64,000 nucleotides of DNA from NCBI GenBank assembly GCA_043228905.1, contig JBHGNT010000020.1:7750001-7814000 (forward strand). The letters run 5' to 3'. The notes beneath the pieces are model-generated. The model was not told the DNA's origin. It saw only the letters and a list, made by a program, of their open reading frames with translations, and ran no database searches. The translations under genes and the position numbers were made by a program. The DNA comes from Azolla caroliniana. Lineage: Eukaryota > Plantae > Polypodiophyta. Shown piece after piece: positions 1 to 10,716 of the stretch; the stretch's first letter is position 1; every line of letters starts with the position of its first letter.

Positions 1-1435
1 TAAGGGGAACTTCTCCGACATTTGTGATCGGATGCGGAGTGTCGTCTCCAGTTGCGACTACTCCCGGTTGTATCGGTTTTTCAAGGTATGAGAACCACTC
101 CTTATGGCTCGTCATGTGGTTTGACGCGCCGGAGTCTACGTACCACACCTCGTCCGATCTCGGGGTGGTCTGTTTCATTGAGTTTGCTTCGTGTCTCGTC
201 ACGAAGGCAGACCCTTCTCTGGCTCTCCCAGAGTCTTCGGCGTAGTGTGATCGCTGCCGATTTCCCTTGTTGGTATGTCCGGAGCCATTTCCGGAACCGG
301 TTCTCTCCGAATCGGCGCGCTTCTTCCAACACTCACTTTCCCTGTGGCCTTTCTTGCCACAGTACTAGCTCTCTGCGATGGCCTTCCCTTGCCTGTTCTC
401 ATCGCATCGACTCCCCCTGTTTCCGGAGGGTCCGGAGTTGCTGTCGGCATCACTTCAGTGCCTTCTTCCTTGATCTCGTCGGCCGCCTCCATTGCGCGCC
501 GACTCGCCTCATCCTCCATTTCCATGGGGCCTTTCTCCCTCTGTGTACAGCATTCTGATGTTGGTGTGCGTGCTTGTAGACACACCCACGTGGTTCTCCT
601 CTACCAGGAGCATTGACTGTAAGTCGAAAAAGGACGGCGTATTCTCTCGGGTACACATAGCCATTCGGAACGCTCCGAATTTCGACGCCAAACCTCCGAT
701 TTTCGACGCAAAGCAGTATAATACCCTGCTCGCCGATTGCTCCCATGACGGGAAGTCTCTGTGTGTCGATTCGGGTGCCGCGTCATTAGCTCCTTCGACA
801 TAACTGCAGTAACCGTGCCCGAGCAGGTACTGGTGCATCTTGTAGGACCAAGACGCGTAGTTGGTTCTATCGAGCTTCTCTGTTGGAAGCGAGCTCGCCA
901 TGCCTCTATCCATCGTTCTTCTTGTTCTTCTTCCTCAAGCTGTGTCGGCTGCAGAGAGGTTCTCAACCCTCGCGCTCTTATACCATGTAAAAAGTAATGT
1001 GCGGAAGCAAGTATGAAGACCGAACAGAAGGAAGAAAACTCAGGTTTAATGGAGAGCTTGAGCTTACGCAGTTTACGCGGGAGAGACAGAGAGAGAGAGA
1101 GAAACACAAGAGGTATATTCAAAAAATACACAATCTCTATTCACCACACTCTATACATATGTGTGCTCAATGAACACTTTTATACAAGTCTTAGAAGGAC
1201 TGACAGAAGTACCAATAGTACTTCAATGCTCATTAAGAGCTCCTACACTAACTCCCAAATATATTCCTCATGGAATATCTTTCCTAACGGCCTCCCGGTT
1301 TACGCACTGATCCGGCCCTACCTACGCACCGGTCTGCGTACCGGTTTACGCATTCGGCCTAACCGATCGGTCCCAACCGATCCGGTCCTCGGCTTCTTCA
1401 GCCGATCCGGCCAATGTTGAGCTTGTCTCTCAACA
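1..1435 (-). mobile_element. Ty1/copia element A, 5' part (LTR, PBS, gag); continues beyond window start
   Basis: LTR 986-1435 (TGT..ACA) closely similar to LTRs at 10717/16008; Met-type PBS 974-985; gag MDRGMASSLPTEKLDRTNY starting at 913, zinc knuckle and WYVDSGAS protease motif near 100-380; inserted into a gypsy gag (flank aatga 1436-1440). Confidence 0.9.
986..1435 (-). repeat. 5' LTR of copia A (450 bp)
   Basis: Follows PBS tacca (981-985); ends ctcaaca; aligns to LTRs of the element at 10717-16400. Confidence 0.9.
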
Positions 1436-2197
1436 AATGACCATATCCACCGTTTCCCCTTTCACGCTATTGTTGTTGAGCGTTGCCCGTATGGGTCGGC
1501 GTAACGCTGGCAAAAATGTCTCTCGAGCCTCGTCCTCCGCGGGGCTCCGTTCTAGTTTCCGCCGTAAATTTTGGAAACGTAAGCAGAAGTCTGTGATCGT
1601 CTCGGTCGGCAGCTGCTTAATCGTGTAGAACTATCCGAGGATTTCGCGTTGTGGAACCCTCCGATGGAAGAACAACAAGAAAGCGGATTGCAGCTGATCA
1701 AAGGTTGTGATGGCTGCTAAATCCATCTGTGAGTGCGAAAACGCCGCTCACCCATCCAATGTTAACCTGAACTCCGTGATTTTTTACTGGTGCGCTACCG
1801 CCTCCGAAAGGCTCTGCGCCATGTGGTTCACATTCCATACATTAAGGAACATGCGAATATGGGTTGTGGCGTCGGTTTCGCCGTTAAAGCGGGGAAAGGC
1901 AAAGGCCATGTTGGGGGCTACTGTGGGTCGGGAAAGACCATGGGGTGGCTGAGGTGAGCGTGCTCCCTGCGTATCGTCGAGGTATTTGGAGAGCAAAGAA
2001 TCACCTTTGTAATCACGGCAGGAAGTACTGAGGTCGCTGAGGCGAGGCTTTTGCCGTGCGCGTTCCTTTGCCTGGCGTGTGACAGACCTTGTGATTGGCC
2101 AGTCTTGTCGTGTTGGTTCTCTGGGGCGTCTGTGGCTAAACATCCATTCGTTGTTGTTCGTCTGTGAGAAGACACAGATCACCGGGCGTGCCAAAAG
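1436..2197 (-). pseudogene. Ty3/gypsy (Tat-like) leader and degenerate gag
   Basis: Gag-like FPRFNGETDATTHIRMFLNVW...TFDQLQSAF with stops; PBS TGGCACGCCCGG at 2193-2182 (Arg-tRNA type, typical of the Tat/Ogre group). Confidence 0.7.
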
Positions 2198-2904
2198 TGT
2201 TACCGATTAGGAACACGGTCTGCGGTCAGTCCTTCGACTTAGACCTCCAAGTGACTGTGGAACAACAAATGGTGGCGTCTATGCGTAATGCGTAGGGGAA
2301 TGTTCCCCCCTAACCTATCAACGTATAAGGGAGACGGCTACAACCGGCTCCTTATCAGTGGTTATACTCACGTTCTTACACGCTCAGGTATTCCAAACAC
2401 ACAGTAGATTAGCCATAGATATACACAGACTTTCAGAGAAGATAGAATTCTATTATGATACGCTTCTTTACATTCCCAAAATACACGCTGCCTCTATCAG
2501 AGGTTTTCTGCCCTTTATATACGCAGGGTCAATTTAGCCGTTCAGGGTGAAAGCATGAGAGTGGAAACAATTAGCTATGTCCTTGACATAGCTAATTAGC
2601 TATGCAAAAGCTACCATTGCTAAATAGTCATTTTAGTAAAAAGCCATCATTAATAAATTAACTATGCAAAAAACCACCATTGAAAATACTAGAGTGTTTT
2701 AATTACATATGTAAATTAGTGCCATAAATGTGCAACATAAACGTGCAACATAAATTGATATGTGCACCATAAATGTGTACCATAAATTATATATTGAATT
2801 CCTAGGTCCATTATGCATGATCCTTTGCCACATCATGTAGGCCATCTCTAGTTGAGTATTGTGGGTTAGTTGCTACCACTGTTGCTAAACCTTATTGAGT
2901 CCAC

Positions 2905-3420
2905 TTGCCGCCACTCTACACTTAGGGGCTGCTACTGTGCATTCCAAGCATCATCAAAGAGCTGTTCAATCTGACGGGGTTCTCTTCTCTGTGCCACTCT
3001 ACACTCAAGGGCCGCTACCGTGCGTTCCAAGCATCATCAAAGAGTTGTTCAATCTTACGGGGTTCTCTTCTCTGTGCCACTCTACTCTCAGGTGCCTTCT
3101 CTGTGTGTTCCAAGCATCGTCGGTAACTGTTCAATCTGACAGGGTTCTCTTCTCTGTGCCACTCTACACTCAGGTGCCTTCTCTGTGTGTTCCAAGCATC
3201 ATCGGTAACTATTCAATCTGACGGGGTTCTCTCCTCCATTGCCATCATTCTACACTCAGTTGCCGCTACTGTCCAGTCCTAGATTGCTTCCACATTTTGA
3301 TTTGACGGAGTTCACTCATCCAACGGCAACATTCTACACTCAGTTGTCGCCATTGGTAGGTCCTGGATCGCCTCCTCAACTGTTCGATCCAACGGAGTGA
3401 ACTCCTCTACTGTTCGGTCT
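2905..3420 (+). repeat. Tandem repeat, ~82-83 bp unit, about 6 diverging copies, upstream of the transposase
   Basis: ctgtgccactctac... recurs at 2989, 3072 and 3154, with degenerate copies on both sides. Confidence 0.85.
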
Positions 3421-3564
3421 TGGATCGCAATAACTTTCTGTCTATTGATTATCTTGTGTATTGTTGTGTCTAATCTTGTGTATTGTGGAATATTTTTGTG
3501 TATTGTTGTTGCCCATAGCCATCTTAAATACTTGTTTTTTTTTCTGGAAATTTAGGGTTTTAAT

Positions 3565-6500
3565 ATGTCCAGCCAAATGGAAGGGGAAGAAGGGTGTTTA
3601 GAATTACCCCTCAATGATCATAAGGATAGGGATGATGCTATCAGGACACAACAAGCCATACGAAACTATTGGGCAGAAAAAAAGAAGGAAACATCGTCAA
3701 TTGTTGAAGGATACGAAAGCCACACTCAGTAAAGGTAAGGATAGTTTAACTGAGAATGTAAGTAATGCGACTACCATCATAGAGAGAAAGGTTGTAGACT
3801 ATTTCAATGTTCAAACCAAGCACATCAGCAATGAAGAAAAGAAGGTAGTACTTTATGGAATATGTAATGATCCATCGATAAAGGACTTAGTTGATTGTGA
3901 TGGTCTTAATGCAAACATATCATCTATTTTAGTAAATAATCTTCGTAATAGTTTCATATCCATGAGCAGGTCAGAAGATGATCTTGTCTTAAAAAGGTCT
4001 AGTCTAATGATGTTACTTAATAGTGATGTTGACGATATAAACATCAATGAGCTATCTAAGGTAATTGGTGTTAGTAGAAAAACAGTGTACAATACAATGA
4101 ACCGTATAATTTCCTCGGGTGAAGGAACTAGTCTACTAAAGCTAACTACAAGATGTAAGCCAATGACACCCATAACATTTGAAATCAAGGATGTAATATA
4201 CATCACAATGTTTTGGACTAATGAGAGTAGGGTTTCACCCAATAAAAAGGATTTATGCAGGAAACATGTTGGAAGAAATCAATACGAGGAGCATCCCATT
4301 CATCTTCTTGATGTACCTCAGGTATTTACATTTATCTCAACATTTGTTTTGACTCTACATGGAAAGTTAATTAGCTCAGTTAGCAGAAAAGCTAATTAGC
4401 TTATCAATTACATTTACCTCAGTTAGCTACTAGGATAACTACTACATAGGTAACTGGCTACTCTCAATAGCTACTACCATGATAGCTAATTAGTTATTCT
4501 CAATAGCTAATTTAGTTACTACCAGATAATTAGCTACCAAAATAACTAACTAGCTACCATGATAGCTAACTAGCTACCAAGACAGCTAATTAGCTACTAG
4601 GATAGCTAATTTCGTTATTACCAGCTAATTAGCTACTAGGAAAGCTAATTACCTACCATGATAGCTAATTAGCTACTAGGACAGCTAATTAGCCACCATG
4701 ATAGCTAATTAGCTACTAGACCAGCTAATTAGCTACCATGATAGCTAATTAGTTACTAGGAAAGCTAATTAGCTACCATGACAGCTAATTAGCTACTAGG
4801 ACAGCTAATTAGCTACCATGATAGCTAATTAGCTACTAGGACAATTAATTAGCTACCATGATAGCTAATTAGCTACTAGAATAGCTAATAAGCTACTAGA
4901 ACAACTAATTAGCTACTAGAACAGCTAATTAGCTACTAGAATAGCTAATTAGCTACTAGGATAGTTAGCTAGCTACTAGGATAGTTAGCTAGTTACGAAA
5001 ATAACTAATTCCCCTTTATTATGCAGGTCGATTTATTTATTAGGTTCAAACGAATGCATCCAAATATCAAAGTTCAACTACGAACATTCGAGTCTCTTAA
5101 GCCACACTTTGTGAGACGCTTAAAGGATCGATACACATGTTGTTGCATTTACCATGTACAGATGGGTTTTCTGAAGGACTCTGTTAATCCACTACATCAC
5201 CATAGCGCATCCCTAACTAATACAGTTTGCACATGTGGGTGCCCAATCTGTCGATCAAGCCCGCAAGAGGAGTGTAAATCATCTGAGCACGTTATCTCTT
5301 CCATGAGTTATTTATTAGATTCAATATTGTGTCCGAGAGAAATTGACGCTATCTTCTATATTCATAAATGTGTCATGGGTTTATGTCAAGATTGTGGCCC
5401 TACTAGATTTAGGTGGTGTCCAAAGGAATTGAGTAGTGAAATATTGATCTCTGTGAAGTTATTTGAGTCAGTGAACACCAATTTCGAAGGAAAGGTGTGT
5501 AAAAGAAAGGATCTAGTTCGGAAGATGCTTAAACCAAGGGATTTGGTGTCTCTGTTTGTAGTATCTCTAGGAAAGTTCATTAAACACAACTTCATTTATT
5601 CATGGCAGGCCCATCAGTTTAAGACTTGCATATCTGATTTCCCAAATGATGTAGTAGTCTCAGTAGTAGATTTCGCAGAGAATTATACTTTCAAGTAGTA
5701 GAATGAAATTCAATCTATGCATTGGTGTTCAGTTCAGGTAACCATTTTTGTGCACATAACATATTTTCGAGTTTCAGATGATGTTAAAAAAAAAATTCAT
5801 TTCTTTATTTCTGATGATAAGAAGCATGATACCGTGTTCGTCCGACACTGTTTTAAGTTACATTGGCAGTGGTTATTAGCTCAACGTTTGGAGCTTACTC
5901 AACATTGGGTCTGGTCTGACGGAGTTGCGTCACAATTCAAGGCTCGACGTCCATTTTATTTTGTGGGGAGGTATCCTGCTATAACAGGTTTGGAGATGAG
6001 ATGGAATTTTTTTGGGTCTGGCCATGGTAAAGGTGAACATGATGGTGCAGGGGCTGTTATAAAGCGGGCAGTTACCCATGAACAACTAAAGACAGATGGT
6101 GTGCACATGAATTGTGCATCACATGTAGTTGAATTTTTAAGAACAAATATGTCAATGAGTGCAACGGGTGTTTATTCCTCGCAAGTCCGAGATATCAAAC
6201 GTGAATTTTGGGAAGTGAAGATAGATGAAGTAAATAGGGAGAAGACCTGGGAGTGCCAAGGAATTCCCGAATTGCGATCTCTGCATGCTGGTCGCGGTTA
6301 TTCAAGGTTGGATGGTCATTGTATTGCGGTTAGAGAATTGACTTGTTTTTGCTTCCATTGTGTGCAGGGAAATTGGAGATATTGTCTAAACAAAGCATAC
6401 ATTCAGAATTGGGAGTATCACACTCTGAATGATAAGGAAGCAGTTGATGGAGAAACAGGGCAGAATGTTGACTTCACATATGAGGGACTTGGAGATACTT

Positions 6501-6859
6501 TGAGTGATGTCCTGAACGTTGGGGATAACTTCGCTGTAAATGCTGAAGAAGGCAATTCAGAGGGTGCTGATTTCTATATATTGAAGTGCACAGTTAGTAA
6601 ATAGTGTGCGAGGCAGAATATTGTAGATGCATGGGGAAATTTTGTATCTGCCGGGACATTCTACATTGAAGGCCTTTTTTATGCAAAACTAGATGACTAC
6701 GAATATGTGTACAGGCTGTTAGAAGACAAACCAACGGCGTACATGTACTCTCATTTGGTCAGGTGCATCAACATCCCAATGTTAGAATACAATAGTTGCT
6801 CAGGTTTATACACTGTTGGTGCTAATGTGTATGAATGTATTTACAATAGTATGCCATAG
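3565..6859 (+). pseudogene. Sola2-type transposase, two exons (3565-4321, 5027-6859)
   Basis: GT..AG intron 4322-5026 joins LLDVPQ|VDLFIRFKRMHPNIK in phase 0; Cys clusters CCCIYH and CVMGLCQDCG; catalytic motifs VDFAENY, QSMHW, WSDGVASQFK, FFGSGHGKGEHDGAG; frameshift in the A-run near 3680; TAG stops at ~5696-5701 and 6602. Confidence 0.85.
4370..5000. repeat. Array of 20-bp units with AGCTAATTAGCT core (alternating -ACCATG / -ACTAGG variants) inside the transposase intron
   Basis: atagctaattagctaccatg and acagctaattagctactagg repeat in register from ~4560 to 4990. Confidence 0.95.
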
Positions 6860-7206
6860 AATTTGTAGCCACAAGTAGCAATTACCATGTTCTCTTGTAA
6901 AACAAACATGTATTTCGCGAAAACAGTTAAATAAATTCGTTTGAGAATCAATTTCTTGTATATAGTCTGCTTTCTGTGCTTCTTTCTCAATAAACATGTC
7001 TTTTTTGTTAAGTTTTAAGTTATAAGTTATAGCGAAATAGTCATCAGTAGCTAATTAGATGTACAAATGTAGCTAATTAGCTGTCAATAGCTAAATAGTC
7101 ATCTCAAATTACAATCTGCAACATATTCCTCAAATTACACAGTAGATAAGTACAGTGGGAACAAGTAATTAAATTCTTCATTGAATAATGTCATCTCTTT
7201 ACATAT

Positions 7207-8200
7207 TTATAAATTACCATTGGAAATGTCTACAAATCTCCTATAAAGAGCTAAGCTCTTGCTAGTCAGTGGAACAAGTCTACATATATTATTCGCATAT
7301 GGAGCTCGGTATGGAGTCCACAACCATGCACCTAGTTGGCAGCTCACTGTTTGCACCAAGTACTGTTCAGGCATTTCCTCGGGTAGAATGAGACAGCATC
7401 TCCGAATATTGAAGTAGTGCCAGAAATGTTCTGTATCCAAAATCAATGTGTTGTCGACATTATATTCAGGCCAGGTAGCCCAAAAATCAAAAAGTCTCTT
7501 GAATCTTGCAGCTTCCATTTGCTCACAATTTTCTCGTGCCCATTGACCTTTAAAACAACTTCGCCATTTTGGGAAGAATCTTGCTAAACACTTCCACACA
7601 TCTGATTTTGGTTTTTCACTCCAAATAAACAAATCAAAGTATTGCACAACCCACTCTAGAAACTGATTCGCGTCCCTCCTTGGCTGCATATATCTCACAC
7701 TCATCAAGACTTTATCAAGCTCCAAGATCAAGGCTCTTCTTTTGACTTCTAGTGGTTTACGTTTCCATTCCTGAAACTGAGCCACTGTTACACCATTTTC
7801 TGGTAGGACATGATCAATCTCAATAAGCTTAGATTCGGCCGACACAACTAGCATCCTTTTCCTCTTCAAACCCCTAGTAGACTGTGTTGGGCCTGGCTTC
7901 ACATTCTAGTGCTCTTGTTTTGTCGACTTAGTTATCAATCCTTGGATTACCTCGGTGCATGTAGTTACTAATCTACTCGATATCAGTCCACTGGTATCAC
8001 ATGTTGCATCTACCTACAACACCAAGTCATCCGTGCAACATGCTTGATCAACTTGTGTGACCAGATCACTTGTGTTAGTTGCTACATCTACTTTCAAGAT
8101 GGGGCCCTTTAAACACGCCGCAACATCAACAATATCCACGCTGGCATTGTCCTTACGAGCAATAGAATCAAACCCTTTAGACTCTCCAATATCAGAAAAC
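7207..8200 (-). pseudogene. FCP1/NIF (HAD-family CTD phosphatase-like) domain ORF carried by the Sola2 element
   Basis: RALILELDKVL...FLEWVVQYFDLFIWS...WARENC...FKRLFDFW...YNVDNTLILD follows the NIF/FCP1-homology motif order; ORFs 7207-7902 and 8014-8262 are in the same frame, separated by two TAG stops; 5' boundary uncertain. Confidence 0.7.
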
Positions 8201-8984
8201 ACCAACATATTCACACTCACAAAGTAACTAACAGTCTCACAAAACAACATCCTGAACATCAAAGAGTTTCAGTCATAGAACAACACTCTTCAAATTATCT
8301 TGGAAAAATATCATAGAGTTCCATTACATAATGTGGATCAAGCAACAACCAATCTGAGGTTTTACTTGTCCAACATGATAGTAAAACTTCATAAAACCCT
8401 AGCAAAATCCCTAAGCTAACAATCATATCCAACTAAACAGTATTTCGCTCCACTACGTCTGGGCCCCTTGACCGAGTAACTGGTCTTGTTCCCGATCGTG
8501 GCCCCTTCTTCAGCCTTTTTCTGGTCGGTTCCCCATTTAGCCTTGCTTCTTTCACCCAATGCGCAAGTGTGTCCTCCTCCAACAACCTTCCCATCGCCTT
8601 AGCAGCTAATTGCACATCAGTCGTTTCTTGAACTAGCTTTTCAAGTATAGAGGGATCTGTTTGGACATTTTCAGTAGTTGGGCTCGGTGGGGTGGAATCA
8701 AGGTCTTGAGATTCGAAGAAATGTTGCATCAAGTGTTCATAAACATTGTTGTTGTGAACCTCAGTTTTACATGTTGTTTCCACTATTTCATGGCATTTCA
8801 CATCATTGCCTAATTCAGTACACTGTTCCAAAAGAATAGGGTGGAGCTGATCTGAAGGAGATGTGATAGCAGGACTCTTACTTTCACCCACGTTGGCAGC
8901 AATATCCTCATCTGTTGCAGCGTCATTAGCACCAAACACATCATGTGCCGTCCTTAATCCACAAGATTCTACAATAGCATGGCA

Positions 8985-10310
8985 GCTATTTAGGATAGCT
9001 AATTAGCTACTTTACTAAAGTATGGTAGAAGCTAGGATAGCTAATTAGGATAGCTAATTAGCTACTTTACTCAACTATGGTAGTAGCTAGGATAGCTAAT
9101 TAGCTACTATGGTAGCTAATTAGCTACTTTACTCAACTATGGTAGTAGCTAGGATAGCTAATTAGCTACTTTACTAACTATGGTAGTAGCTAGGATAGCT
9201 AATTAGCTAATTTACTCAACTATGGTAGTAGCTAGGATAGCTAATTAGCTACTAGGATAGCTAATTAGCTACTTTACTCAACTATGGTAGTAGCTAGGAT
9301 AGCTAATTAGCTACTTTACTAACTATGGTAGTAGCTAGGATAGCTAATTAGCTACTTTACTAACTATGGTAGCTAATTAGCTACTTTACTCAACTATGGT
9401 AGTAGCTAGGATAGCAAATTACCTACTTTACTCGACTATGGTAGTAGCTAGGATAGCTAATTAGCTACTTTACTCAACTATGGTAGTAGCTAGGATAGCT
9501 AATTAGCTACTTTACTCAACTATGGTAGTAGCTAGGATAACTAATTAGCTATTAGGATAGCTAATTAGCTACTTTTCTCAACCATGGTAATAGCTAAGAT
9601 AGCTAATTAGCTACTTTACACAACTATGGCAATAGCTAATTACCTAGTAGGATAGCTAATTAGCTACAATGATAGCTAATTAGCTACTTTCTCAACTATG
9701 TAGTAGCTAGGATAGCTTATTAGCTACTAGGATAGCTAATTAGCTGCCAGTAGCTAATTAGCTACTAGGATAGCTTATTAGCTACTTTACACAACTATGG
9801 CAGTAGCTAATTAGCTACTAGGATAGCTTATTAGCTACTTTACACAACTATGGCAGTAGCTAAGTAGCTAGTAGGATAGCTAATTAACTAGTAGGATAGC
9901 TAATTAGCTAGTAGGATAGCTAATTAGCTAGTAGGATAGCTAATTAGCTTTTTTACACAACTATGGCACTAGCTAATTAGCTAGTACCATAGCTAATTAG
10001 CTAATTAGCTAATAGCTAATTAGCTACTTTATAGAACTATGGTACTAACTAATTAGCTAGTAGCTAACTAGCTGCCAGTAGCTAATTAGCTACTAGTAGG
10101 ATAGCTAATTAGCTAGTAGCTAACTAGCTGCCACTTAGCTAATTAACTACTGTAGTAAACTATGGCAGTAGCTAATTAGCTAATAGGATAGCTATTAGCT
10201 GCTTTAATCAACTATGGTAGTAGCTAATTAGCTACAATGATAGCAGCAAAATAGTTTCCATACTTTTTACAACTTAGCTAATTAGAAAAGACTAAGCTTA
10301 TTAGCTATAG
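8985..10310. repeat. Array of ~42-bp and 20-bp units with TAGCTAATTAGCTA core filling an intron of the accessory gene
   Basis: ggatagctaattagctactttactcaactatggtagtagcta repeated, with shorter variants. Confidence 0.95.
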
Positions 10311-10716
10311 TATGGTATACCTGTTAGTTTTCTCCACTCATTTGGTAGAGTTGTACTGCAATCTCCCAAACAGAATGCAACAATTCGACAGGCATGTTGA
10401 AAACAAAGCAGATGGTATGTGTGGTTGCATGGTTGTAGGTGAACCAACAAAGACACAATTTGGTCCTCCACACCTAACCCACAAGCGATGCAACGTGCTT
10501 GAACTGTCAATAAATCATTTTCTGGTTCTCCTTCATTTGGTAAGGGAGCAAGAATGTTCAGGTCCAAATCCTGTTTGGTCCTTACCATTCCCTCCACAAA
10601 ATGTAGCTGCTTCTTAAGGTAGCTAACTACCTGTTCTTGATAAATGTATTGTTCCTTCAACACAATAGAGAAATTTACCGATTAATTATTCCTGTCTGAC
10701 CCCTCTAATTCAAGCT

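Noticed and set aside
4370-10310. CRISPR-like array (palindromic repeats next to a nuclease-like gene)
   Set aside because: No unique spacers and no cas genes; eukaryotic intronic tandem repeats.
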